Assembly: GCA_028534125.1 (NCBI GenBank)
Contig: CM052817.1
Location: forward strand, 98,210,001 to 98,274,000
From: Lama glama
Taxonomy: Eukaryota
DNA length: 64,000 nucleotides
Reading direction: 5' to 3'
The notes beneath the pieces were generated by a model. It saw nothing but the letters and a program-made list of their open reading frames with translations, did not search any database and had not been told where the DNA came from. A program made the translations under genes and the position numbers. This document shows, one piece after another, positions 1 through 12,467 of the stretch. Within the stretch, counting starts at the first letter, position 1; each line of letters starts with the position of its first letter.

Positions 1-857
1 TGAAAACTCTCTTTGGATGAAATAGACCATATGTTTTCCAGGATGAAAAACAAAGATGTGAAGGATTTGGTGGGAAGTTATTAGACATTCCTTGCAGGGA
101 TGAAGGAAAACAGCAGAAGCAACTTTGAACCGTCCTCTGAAGGAGTGTGTCATAACAAATTTAGGGAATGATAATCCAAGCCACAGAGAAATATTTAGCT
201 AGTGGAAGAGAGAATACATTTTCTAACCATGAAGCTATTTAACATTTAGTTCCGTGGAGCGAAAATTTATAGGGGAAGTTCTTTAGCTTCCCTGCTGGGC
301 TAATTCCCTGAGGGTGTCTCTTCAACTCTTATCTTAAAACACACCACTGAATCTTGGAATGGTAATGATTTTCATTGCTTTTATGGGGATTTGTCAATTT
401 TTTTTTCAAGTTTGAGTATGTGAATTATTTATTTCCTTAAAATAACTAGGGAAATAGTCACAGATACTCTTCAACAACTATTTTCTCGTTCTGAATTCAT
501 TTAGAAATAATATTTGCCTAGTACCATGGCATATACAACTATAAAAGGAAAAGTCATTAATAAACTGAAAATGACTTGTATACCCCGAGCACAAACATGA
601 TCTTACCAGGAATTTTCATTAGGAATTGTCATCTAATGTTGGTAATGCACAGTGTGCCTCCTGTCACTACTAATCGATATTATAAGATCTTTATTTCTTA
701 AGTTAACTAACATGTATCAGGTGCTTTCTACACACTCAGCACTGTACTAGGCACTGAAGAACCAGAGATGATCAAGAAAAAAAAATCTACGAAGTATAGT
801 ATATTGTAACGACTAATTTCGTTAAAGAGCTAAAGGTAATAAATCATCTTCTGATAA

Positions 858-1885
858 GCAGACATTTATTAAGTACCTAATATGTTCCAGAAACTGTGAC
901 TAGTTCCTGCAGATTTTACAGTGACTAAGAAAGACATGATTGCTACCCCCACAGATCACACAGTGTAGCACAAGAGGAAGTCAGTTTAAAATAATTGTGA
1001 TGAAATGTGACAAATGCCGACAAGGAAGTAAAGATTACTAATAGGCATGCACAACTGCCCACCAAATCATTTGAGGTAATCAAGCAGTGAAGGCTTCTGG
1101 GAGGAAATGTCTATGTTGGGACCTAGAGAATTATTAGCAGTTACAAGGTCAAGGCAGGGTGCAGAGTGGAAAGGGAGCATTACAGGCAGAGAAAAACGTG
1201 AAGATGCTGGAGACCAGTCTTGAAGAGTGGAAGTAAGGAGAACTGAGGATCAGGAGAAGCAGGGGCTGGATTGTAAAGGACCTTGATCACTACCTTAATT
1301 GGATTGGTCTTTATTTTAAGATCAATGAGCACTCGTTTCAGGTTGTAAGTATAGGAACAAGTTATCAGACTTACCCTTGGGAATATTACAGTGGCTGCTC
1401 TGGGGAAAATGGATTGAGCAGAAAGCAGGGAGATCAATTAGGCTTTTGTAACAGAAATTCAGGTAAGAATAATGATGGTCCACACTAGGGCAGTGTGGGT
1501 GCAAAAAAATGATGCATTTTAAAAATATTTAGAAAACACAATGGTGGATCTAAGAAACTGGTAAATGTGGAAAGAAAGTGAAAAAGACAAAGCTAGAATA
1601 ACTCTGGTTTTCTGATTTAAGCAACTAGTATGAAGGTGCCAATTGTATATCCAGGCAATCAAGAAGGATGAATGATTTTAGAAGGTGGAAAGGTGGGAGT
1701 TGAGTTTGGGATAGGCTGGATTTCAGAGGCAGGTGCGCTCACTCTCTAAGTCATAATATCTAATAGGCAAATAATCTAAGAAGGATGAAAGAGGATTGAA
1801 TTAGAAGAATAAGTACAGGAGTCAGTACTCTTACACCAGTAGGATGTGCTATCATGGGAGCCAAGGGAAGAGAGTGTTTCAGTAA
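858..1885 (-). mobile_element. L2 LINE 3' portion (ancient)
   Basis: Starts with the antisense L2 terminus (gacatttattaagtacctaatatg) and continues with typical purine-rich antisense L2 body. A second short L2 3' fragment lies at about 705-780. Confidence 0.7.
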
Positions 1886-1899
1886 CAGTCATTATTAGC

Positions 1900-2320
1900 G
1901 ATCCACAACTCTCCACCTGCGAGCTTTCTCCCCCGCTGGCTATGAGCGTGCACTGGACCTAAAGGCAGAGCAGCTCTAAAAGTATCAAGGAAGTAACAGC
2001 CACAAAAATAAAAAATCCATTACCCAGTGATATGTAGGAAACTAGTGGATAAATTCCAGAGCTTGCTTGTGCTTTTTAATTTTCTTTTGTTTTCTTCTTT
2101 TTTTGCACTCTGAGGTGTGTTCTACACAGTGGTCTCCCAGCAGAATTAAGGCCGGGGCGTCTATGGTGAAGATATACTTGCTGTTCACCCTTTATTGCTT
2201 CTTTCTCTGCCTCAGTTCACCACTCCTCCCCTTGTGTGTTCTGAAATCACCTGTGAAATTAACTACTTCACTCAAACCCTTGTCTCAGGCTCTGCTTCTG
2301 AAAAAACTAAACCTAGGAAA
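1900..2320 (+). mobile_element. ERVL LTR, LTR16 family (5' LTR)
   Basis: tgaggtgtgttctacacag...ccctttattg...aactacttcactcaaacccttgtctcaggctctgcttctg...aacctagg matches the recalled LTR16 3' half and is directly followed by ERVL internal sequence. Confidence 0.75.
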
Positions 2321-5300
2321 GCTGGGACGAGCATTTGTCTCAGGAAGCAACCTCTTGACATGATATTCTAGAATGCAGTCATTCCATCCATCAGAAGGCA
2401 ATTAAGGACACCACTGCTGGCTGTGAGACAGTTGTAACTCCTGATCTTGCTGTGGCACTGCAGTTACTCAGGCTCTCCTGTATGGTGAAGTGGGATGGAT
2501 ACGGAGAGAAGGAGATGCGCTGGCTTATGCAAAACCTCTGACTTTAAAGGATATGCAGCCTATGGCAATTATTAGAATTTTAAGGTAGGTTGACTGTTTC
2601 TAACTGCATTACATTGAGACTCCAGCCCCTACAAGTTTCCCAGGCTAAAGTCAGAATTAGAGTGGAGTTCTTGATAGAATTCTTAACATCAGAATATTTG
2701 TATGAATATGTTTGAGAAGCATGAACCTGCAGATTCCCCTGAAATCATTAAGCTAGCAGAAAAGAACTCCCTCCCTTTGACTACAGTCTCCTTTTATTAA
2801 AGACCATATAAATGTCTCATCTGATGGACAGGCCTCCTAAGACAATGGCTGCCCCCTGAAAATCCACCTACTTCCCCGCTGTGCTCCTGGACCACTAGAG
2901 TTAAGGCTCAGCATAACCAGATGGGGGAAAATATTTCTGCTATTGAAGGAAAGGATTATCACCAAAATGGCTTTGGGTTCTAGCCAGAATGCACTGGAAA
3001 GAACCAGAAGAACATGCCTAAGACATTGTGAGTGCTGGCCCAGTCCATACAGAATAAAAGGCTGAATAAGGGAGAGCTCACTGATGTGTGGCATTCTCAT
3101 GACTTAAGATTTAATGTCCAAGCAAGGTCACATATAGCCAGTTCTAACAGACAAATGAGTTGATTGTTTCAAGCACAGAACAAATGATGGTCATTGAGGT
3201 GAAGTTATGAGAACTTTCCTGCCAGAATATTGAGAGAGGGGTCAAAAGGCTCAGGGAGGAGGGAATGCTAGAGTGGATTTAGCCCATAAGACAGCGATGA
3301 CTGTTTTCTGTAGGAGGCCAATGGATATTCCCTTTACGTAAATGATAAGGAATGGGCTAGTGAGGGGTACTGATGTCATTGAGAAATTCAGTGGTGGCTG
3401 TCCTTTGTAGGCAGTGAAGTGACAGTTAAGTAACTGGTCCCCATGGTGTCAATGAGGATGATAGGATTCTGTTCTGGGATGGTGGAGGTCAAGTGATATC
3501 ATTTAATCATTGGAGGCAAAGTGGACATCATTACCGTAATGGGCAGGCGATATCTGTAGTTACGGCAAACAGACCATGGTGTTTTGAGAGGTGAGATAGG
3601 TCTCTAACAATGGTGTGGCTGAACCTAGGTACCCAAAAATATTAAGAGCAGGTGAGCAAAGGCTGCTGCTAACCAACAGAATGGAAAACCGTGATTCTTT
3701 GCCATGTTACCAGACATGAATCAACCATTGGCTGAAGGGGAGGCTAGGTCTCCTAGAGGAATGGTCCTGCAATGCCAGAATAAATATACACAATATCTAT
3801 TCCCCAGTCCTCCGCCAAAGAGACATTCAACCATTTACCAGAGGAACTGTGGTATGTGTTTCAAGGGTTGTTGGAGAAAGGGTATGAGTTGACACTGATA
3901 GCTAGAGGGCCCCAAAGCCCCTCGTGATTCTATGTCAGAAGCCTGGTGGTAAGCAGACCCCACGAGCACTCATTGGTCATTTGCCTGGTCTGTGAGTGCA
4001 CAGCCAGGGTGGACGTGATCTACAGGTTGTGGAATCCTCACATTGTTGCCTACTCTCAAACCTAAGAGCCATAGTGTGAAGTAGAAAAAGCCAGGCCCAG
4101 CCAAAACTGTAAATCAGAAGTAAAAACCCATCCTCAGTGGAATGTCAGAGATCAGTGCCTCCATAAAATATTTTAAATAATGCAGAAGTAGTGGTCCTGT
4201 CATATCGCCATTGAATTCACCGGTGTGGTGCCTTGAAAAACCCGATGGATCATGGCAGATAGTTGACTGCTGCAAACTTAACTAGATAGTAGTAACAACT
4301 GTAGTTCCATGCAGGATGTGGTATATTTACTGGAACATCTCAACACAGCCTCTGGAAATATGTGACTACTGATCTGGTAAATGCATTTTCAAAATACCCA
4401 CCATGAAGGAGATCCTGAAGCAATCTGCGTTCAGCCCAGAGGGACAGCAGTATACATTCCTGGTTTTGCCTCAGGGTTGAGATAAAGAACAAGGTGTTGC
4501 ACCTTGTATCTCCCACAACTCAGAAAGAGGCCTAGTAGTTACTAACTTGCTTTGGATCTTGGAGACAGCACATGCGACACTTGGGAATGTTCTCCTGATA
4601 CATTTATCAAGTGATTTGGAAGCCTGATAATCTATGTCAAGCTCAGAGCAAAAGAAGGTTCTGCAGCAGATACAGACTGAAATACAAGCGACCTTTCTGC
4701 TTAGCCAATGACATGGAAAAGTCCATGTTAGTAGAGGAAGCATCCATGGCAGATAAGGATGTTACATGGATTTTCTAGGAAGCTCGGCTAGCAAAACCAC
4801 AATGCACTTCCCCAGATTTCTGGAGAAAAGCCATATTGTCTCTACAGAAGAGCTATTCAATCTTCAAAAAGTGACCTCACTATGCTATTATGCTTCAGGA
4901 GAGCCCTATGTAATTAGTTTCCATCATGTGGTGGGTATTACCAGACCTACCAAGTCATCATAAGGTTGATGAGCACAGCAGTAATCCATCATACAACAGA
5001 AATGGCACATTTGGAATTGGATTTAAGCATGGCGGAAGGCAACATCAGTTATGTGAACAGGTAGTCCATACTATTAAGTCGCCTACCTTTGGTGCACCTC
5101 TCAGCTCACATCTATGGCTCTGTTGAAGAGTCTCTATGACTAGTTGATGGAAGCGAAGAGGGAAAAATCCCCTTCGTTTCACAGATGCACTGGCTTGATA
5201 TACCTGTGGGAATCGAAGTTGGACAACAAGTGCATCATGGCCGTCTAGCCCTGCTCCGTGGTGGTCCCAAGTAACAGCGGTGAGAGGCAGTACTCCAGTC

Positions 5301-5640
5301 AGGATGGATGCGCTTACGCAGAATTGAATGATTTGGGTGTTTTCATGGTCAGAGGGACTGTCAGGAGAAAGATTGGAAAATCACAGACAACAAAGTCTAA
5401 GGAAGAAAAATGTGGAGAGACCAATGGGAACGCACTCAGAGGCTGCAGTTCTCTGTGGGGTGTGTTTTTTCCTTCCTTCTTTAAATTGTAGGGATTCTGA
5501 GGCATCAAGGAATGGACATGTCTAGAGCTCGCCTGTGGCTCTGCCTCATAAAGACTGGAAGCTGGCTTGGAGGCATTCAGTAAAAGGAATCAGGGACAAT
5601 GTGGGCCACTGCACTCTGACCAATGCGACATCCAGTAATG
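2321..5640 (+). mobile_element. Decayed ERVL (class III) internal region, ERV3-16A3-like, with gag/pro/pol remnants
   Basis: RT motifs ISPLNSPVWCLEKPDGSWQIVDCCKLN (from 4202), YVTTDLVNAF and QSAFSPEGQQYTFLVLPQG (to 4477) match ERVL pol. RNase H-like FTD...AEL remnant at about 5175-5330. Many stops and frameshifts; no 3' LTR seen. Confidence 0.85.
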
Positions 5641-8130
5641 ACATGGAATAATATGCTAAAATTATACTTACTCTTTTTACTTTAAATCTGAGTGAATGGC
5701 TTACATATTATGGTCTCATTTAATTTCACTGTGGGATTTCAGTAAAGATCATGGACCACCTGTGCAATGAATGGAAGGAGAGAGGTGAGGCAAGTGTCCA
5801 TCACAGCCCAATCCATCAGGCCAGAGTGTGGGTGGGGTGAGTCACTGGGCTGGCCCCTGCAGAGGACCCGTGGTCACACTGGGGCAGCAGGGCAAGGGGT
5901 GGAGGTCTATGCAGGGGGCCAGAGAAGTGGAAAAACAGGGGTTCTTTTCTGAGCACGTGTGGGACAACACACTGAGAAATTGTGTGAGACAAAGGCTGGG
6001 CAACTTGAGAAGGCAAAATTCTGCCACAGGTAAAGGGAGGCTTAAGGGCATCAGTTTTTCGATATCTGTAGAAATCTAACTACTTTGTAGTCACTGGCCT
6101 TTGAGGTCAGGTCCATTTGCGTTTTTAAATTAAAAGAAAATATACAAAATGTGGGAGTTACAATGAAGAGAAAAAAAGTATTCAACTTGCATCAGAAAAA
6201 GTTAATTTTAGATATTTTGAGAAAATTATTGAGTATAACTCACGATTTATCAAAGACTTAGAATAGTTCACTATAAAGATTTTTTGGAGGCAATAAAGAA
6301 TTAGGGTTATATCGATAGTCAAAAAATAGGCTAATTGGTATTTTCATTGGTGTTACAGCTGTCTTATTCAAATACGTGAGCACAGATTTCAATACATTAC
6401 TCACACATACAAATTCTGCTCACATACATATAAATTTTTACAGAATGTGTTTTATGATAATATATAAGAAACATATTCATTTCCACACTGATGAAAAATC
6501 ATATTAGATTTTCAGCTTAGACAAAATAAGAACCTATCATTGATATAAATCACATACTTTAAAGTTTTTAATATGCCAGTTGAAAGATTAACTTGGCATA
6601 TAGATACAAATCAGCTTTCACAGATAGACGAAAGATGACACGAGATATTTTTATGTTTTAGTACAGAGACACATACAAGAAATACAAAGGTTATCCACTA
6701 TTGTGAATACTCCTTCTGAAAAATTGAAATCGCTTATTGAAATAAAATATAAAAAAACTGAATTATATTTTACTTTACTGGTAAGTTTAAACATTTGAAA
6801 TATCAGAAAGATTTTCCTAAGCAATATGATATATATGTTGTGCTAAATATACACATATGCATACACATGTACATACACACAAGAGTGCATATACAATATT
6901 GACACATATGCTATTCAAGGTAATAACTAATTCTTGTACATTTTTCTTGGACAGAATTTTTTTGAAGTGATGCTGATGAAAATGGCTATAACATACTATT
7001 AAATCACTGGTTAGGCTAGACACCTTTTCTTTGGTGTGTGCCCAATTATAGGATCTCTAGAATTCGAGAGTCTACAAATTCTAATTTCACACATTAGAAA
7101 ATTTCTAATACACACATTAGGAAATTTATCAGTTGCATCAATTATCTCACAAAAGATGTTAATATTATCCATATTAATTAGGAACAATTTTTGCACACAC
7201 AGATAAAGCATTTATGGTTTTTTTGAGCACCAGCTCTGAAGAGTATCAGGAAATCACAAAAATTCAGGAGTTTTCTACAAGCAGTTACAATAGACAAGAT
7301 GAGTGGTAAATCTAATTTTGGAAATAGAAAGAATAAAGAAATTCTGACTATCTCATGAAGTTGTAAGCATACAAATTTCTTGAGTTCTTACGTAAAAGAG
7401 CCTCAGGAGGAATTGTTAACGATGTTATTATTACATATTATAACATCATACTTTAACAGAAATGGACCTGAAAAGTTGGATATGCTCACATGTGAAACAG
7501 GTAAACATCCTCCATTATTATTATTAAATATTTTTCCACTTGATACATACTTTATTTAGCATATTTGGAAAAATAATACTATGTGGTATGTAGTTTCAAA
7601 ATAATGCAAAACACTTTACTACATGTTACATGTTAAATCTGGAGGCAATAGGAAATGAATACATACTTTTCACAAAGGTAAGTTGGGAAAACAAATTTAA
7701 ATTTAAAAATTTCCATGCAGTTTCCATGGGTTAGTGCGTAGTATGCATATCTTCATGAAAGAATCAAGTTAGTAATATATTTTGAGATCAACATACAACC
7801 TAATTTCAATAAAAGTTTCATGATTTTCATATGTCTACAAAACCAAATGTGAAATCTGTGCACGCATGACTCTTTGGAACCATACCAAAGTTAATTGCAT
7901 TGACATCATATACGATATTGGAAAAATACCAAAACTCCATACAACTCTAAGATGTTATTTTTATGTAACCATATAATTATAATAATCTGAAGAGTTGCTG
8001 GAAGTCACTTAGCTCACTTCTGCATGAAAATGTTCTTTTTAGTGTTCTTGTTTTTGAAATTTCCATTATACATTTATAGATTTTTAATAAAAATCATAAG
8101 CTCTGTATTCTACTCAGAGATCATGATCAA

Positions 8131-8421
8131 CAAGTATCCATTAAGTTCTTCTCCCTATTTCTTAATCAGGTTATTTGGGGTTTATTTTTGTTCTTGAGTT
8201 GCCTGTATCCTGTACATATTTTGAATATTAAGCCCTTATCTAATAATAAGCCATAGAGATCTAATGTACAATAGAAGGAATATAGACAATAAAATTGTAC
8301 TATAATTATGTAAGGCAACAAATATCACTACCTTGGCAATCGTATCAAAATATACAAATATATCAAAGTAACGTGCTGTACCTTAAACTTACACAATGTT
8401 ACATGCCAAAGTTATTCAATA
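8131..8421. mobile_element. L1 fragments in opposite orientations (antisense ORF2 piece 8131-8243; sense L1MA-type 3' end 8244-8421)
   Basis: Antisense ORF2 text (catattttgaatattaagcccttatc) abuts a sense 3'UTR (gatctaatgtacaa...ctgtaccttaaacttacacaatgttacatg...ttattcaata). Confidence 0.7.
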
Positions 8422-8477
8422 GTAACTACTATATGAATTCATTTGGGATGTATTATAAAACATTTAAAGTAGTAGGC

Positions 8478-8544
8478 ATTTTACAGACCAACTGATTTAA
8501 ACCCAATATTTTACAAATCAACTGATCTAAACTCAAATTTTACA
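8478..8544 (+). repeat. Short tandem duplication, period about 30 bp
   Basis: attttacagaccaactgatttaaacccaat / attttacaaatcaactgatctaaactcaa / attttaca. Confidence 0.7.
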
Positions 8545-8632
8545 TTAAGAGAAAATGAAACCCAGAAAGGTTAAACAATTTGCCCCCAAACACTCCATTA
8601 ATTAATGACAGACCTGAGACTGGAACCCAGTG
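8537..8632 (-). mobile_element. MIR SINE fragment
   Basis: attttaca...gaaaatgaaacccagaaaggttaaacaatttgccc...gaacccag is the antisense MIR core. Confidence 0.65.
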
Positions 8633-8839
8633 GACATTACATGTCTGTTCATCTACCTCCCAACCCGCCACCCACACATATCTCCCCCAAACTAGTACTA
8701 TTTTGTATTTTATTGTTATTTATATGGTATTTTAAAAAGTTATTTCGTATGTATCTCTCTTATTTTCACAAAATCCAAAACCTCCTGTTATATTGTCCCT
8801 CACAGGGCAGCACAACGCTCATTAATACGTCTGTTAGAA

Positions 8840-9518
8840 TCTGATGCCTTGGACCGCTCCATGTCACTGTTGGGGCCTCTCACCCGAGTGCCATGGTGGC
8901 CTCCTGACTTGTCTTGCTGCCTCTGCCCTTGGATCCCCGTGGTCCGTGTCTACTCTGTACCCACAGTGATGCTCTTGAACTGTGAGTCAGGTTATGCCAC
9001 TCTTCTGCTCAGTATCCTTTAATGGCTCCCATTTCACTAGGGGTAAAGGGTCAGATTCTCCTAACACACACTTCTCCAGCCCCCTCACTTACTGTCTCTT
9101 CCACTCCAGCCCTGTAGGCTTCCTCACTGTACCCACCTGTGCCAGCATGCTTCTGCCTTCAGGTCTTGGAACTACCTGTTCCCTCCACCCAGAATGCTCT
9201 CACTCAGCTGTCTGCAGAAATATCTCACCTTTTTAAAGCATGCTGAATGTCACCTTCCAAATGAGGTGTCTCTGATCACACAGGTGAGTACTGTCCTCCA
9301 ACCAAAATTCACTTCAAGTTTGCCTATAGCATGTATTATTTTTTGAGTCCTCTAAAGTTTACTTTTTTTGTGTATTTTTTTTAATTGACTGTCTCCTTCT
9401 ACCATAATGTAAGCTCCACAACAACAGCAACATTGTCTTTTGCTCTCTTGCAAATTCCAGGTGCCTAGAACTGTGGATAACATGTAGCAGATTCTTAATA
9501 AACATTTGTTAAACTGAA
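8840..9518 (+). mobile_element. L2 (L2a-like) 3' end
   Basis: Pyrimidine-rich L2 body ending aatgtaagctcca...ccaggtgcctagaac...ttaataaacatttgttaaactgaa. Confidence 0.75.
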
Positions 9519-10842
9519 GTTAATTGACCACTCTTTTCAATAAAAGATTACTCAGTTCATTACAACATCTTAAGTTTTCAAAACATCTCAAATCTTTGTA
9601 TTTATATTAATTACTATGACAAAGCTAAAGTAGTAATTTCAGATTGGGCAAAATAGCTATAGAAAAATAAGAAATCAGGTAGGCTATGCAGATTTTATAT
9701 TTTATATAATTCTGAAGTTTACATTTTCAGTGTGTAGGCTTTTCCTGAATGCAAGTTAATCATCATTGAAAGATACAGCAATACTTTCAGATGACTAAGG
9801 AGCTATTTAAAATCCAACAAAAAATGGTAGTTTACAAAATATTCAGCAATCTGCCTTAATCTATCATGTTTGTACCTTAAAAATCAGATAAGCCCCTTTT
9901 TGTTTTATCAGTAATCCTTATTGTGTCCTTATCTAAAAACCTTATTTGTAAGATTTGACTTCTTCTTATCACTTAAAGTCAAATGGAAACAGATTTAACC
10001 AAGTACAAACTGAAACATATATATGGTGATGATAATGTCATTTCATTCTAGTTGAATTTTCTTTAGTCCAACTATAAATGCATTTTTTTCTTTTATATTT
10101 CACTATGATGCCTTCTGGTAATTTAGCTCTTTCCGTGGGGAAAAAAGTACATTAGAAAATATTTATTGAGTAAAAGGCATTGCTTAGAGAATTCTCCCAA
10201 TGGCTTTATGTCCTCTCAGCAAGAGTTAATCGTAAGATGAAATTTTTCAAACATTTTCTTTTTGATAAAAATAAAATTTTCTAATTGAAGCAGAGAATCT
10301 GTTGAGCTTTTGTTTTCCCCAGTAGAGAAGCTGAAAATGCATGAGTTAATATACTGTGACTATGGTGCTTAGATACTATTAACAAGGGGAAAAATGAATA
10401 TGATTCTAGGCCACCATCCATTTTTAGCAACTGTATTTCTAGCTATTATTTTCCCTATTGAAAGGTACATTAGGATTCGATGTGCTTGGCATGGTGTACA
10501 GAACGCTAATACTTTCTAATTATAGACAGTTTTCTAAAGATCAGGTAGACGCTACAAACAATGTCCAACTCACTGCACCTGCAGGGAAGCACTACGAACT
10601 CAATATTGCTGAGGAGGTAAGTGGCCAGTGGAAGATACCACGCAACATGGCAATTTTTTCTTAGCTTTGATTCTCTTTTCTGTATATTCCTCTGACTGAA
10701 CTTTTTCAGCTATCTTTCTCTCAGATTTCTTTAGGTTGAGGTTTAAAGACTATTTGACAATTTGAAGTATTAGAATATAGACTATATCTCCTTGAATGTA
10801 AAAATCTTCATGGATATTCACAAGAAGCAAGAGTAAGGAATT

Positions 10843-10987
10843 GGGGGGGGGGTATAGCTCAAGTGGTAGAGCGCATGCTCAGCATACAGGAGGTCTTGGG
10901 TTCAATCCCCAGCATCTCCTTCAAAAAATAAAGAAACAAATAAACCTTATTACCCTCCCAAAAAAGAATATTCTCCAAAAAAAAAAA
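10843..10987 (+). mobile_element. tRNA-derived SINE, Vic-1-like (camelid), full length
   Basis: G-run head, A box (tagctcaagtgg), B box (ggttcaatccc) and A-rich tail. TSD aagagtaaggaatt (10829-10842) / aagagtaaagaagt (10988-11001), 12 of 14 matching. Confidence 0.85.
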
Positions 10988-11054
10988 AAGAGTAAAGAAG
11001 TAAAATCAGATTAGATGAAGCTGTGGACGGGCAAATGATTATGGTAGGAAGGCA

Positions 11055-11265
11055 ATGTGCATAGTGGAATAAGCAAAGGCTTTCGGGGCCAGCCCAACCT
11101 CAATTCAAATCCTGCCCTGGGTGCTTTAAGCTACAAGTGCCTTATTTCTTATAATATGATAATAATGTCCTAACCTATAGGATTTTTGTGAGGAGTAATG
11201 AGATATCATAAAGCTTCTAGTGCAATCTTTGCACTGGTAAATTCTTAATGAATAATAGCAATTAT
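11055..11265 (+). mobile_element. MIR SINE
   Basis: ttcaaatcctgccctg...gataataatgtcctaacctataggatttttgtgagga... Confidence 0.65.
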
Positions 11266-12467
11266 GTGCATTATTTTGTTGTGCTTACATAGGTTTTCTT
11301 TTAGATGACTAGATCATCCTAAAATCAATAATCTGGTAAGACAAGAACATTAAATTGTATGAAGTAAACTTACAATGTTATTAATAGAGGTTTTTCTTGG
11401 TAATAAAACAAAATAGTGAGGTCTATGTTGAAATTTTTACTACAAAAAGATTCAAGTAAGGTTTTGCAAGATGTTGCAAGTGCCTTATGGCTGTGGTACC
11501 TCATAACTTTTAGCCTAAAAGTAAATCTAGACTGGCACTGCCAAAGGAAAAGAGAAGCAGATTGGCTTACAAGAGACTTCATGGGGAGACATTCATTACC
11601 CCTGATTCTTCATGGTGCAAGGATGACCATCTAATTTTCATGCTCATATGTATGTTTTTTATGGCTAAAATGTTTGAGAGGCACAATTATTGAAATGTAT
11701 TATGGTAGGTAGTAGCTTTTTTTTTTCCTTGAAAATTTGTTTTTACAAGATTGCAGAAAAAGTAGACTGACTCTGATGGTATATAATGTATGTAACTGAT
11801 TGTCCTTTGACAGTTCAACACAGCTCTGGGTGAACTCTGAAAAATTGGACATAGCCACTCCTCATCGCCAAACTGTGTGTGGCAGAAGCATTTCATCCAT
11901 CTCTCAAGAACAGAATCATATCAACTAGTTCATGTATAAAATTGAAATGCCAATTCATTAATTTACAGTGAAGAATCTCTGCAATGAAACCAAAGTGTTC
12001 AAATCCTTGCATGGAGATCTACACGCAAGCCAAATGCAAATTAGACATTTTCTTGGAAAGCAGAAGTTGGACTAAGAGTAGTTTAGTGGAAATAGATAAG
12101 TGGAAATACACTGTTTCGATCCAGTCTTTAACAATACGCTTCCTTGACTACGTATCTCCCTCTTATTGCCCCTTGGCTCTGCTCTCTATCCGCAACAAAC
12201 TTTTCAGAGGAGTCTTCTGCAATCTCTGTCTCTGCTCGCTCTCTCCCCATCCTTCCACTCTTCCTTGAACTGACTCCAGCTAGGCTTCCATGTTGCCAAA
12301 TCCAGTGGTCAGTTCTCAGTCCACACTAACGTGACCTTTCAGCAGCGTGAAGCTGTGTAAAACATCGGTGATGACTTCCTCCTCCTTGAAGCGTTCCTTC
12401 ACTTGTTCTCTAGCCGTAATGCACCCGGTACCATATTCCCTTAGTTTTCCACACTGGTTCTTAAGGA

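Noticed and set aside
5770..6050. GC-rich patch with overlapping ORFs and one AP-1 site (TGAGTCA, 5838-5844)
   Set aside because: The ORFs reflect GC content and resemble no protein I know; a single 7-mer is insufficient.
7460..7500. Possible plus-strand micro-exon (aacAG...cag|GTAAAC)
   Set aside because: 41 nt, weak donor and polypyrimidine tract, no recognisable peptide.
10843..10920. tRNA-like sequence with A and B boxes (also at 33813)
   Set aside because: A-rich tail, TSD and multiple diverged copies show it is a SINE head, not a tRNA gene.
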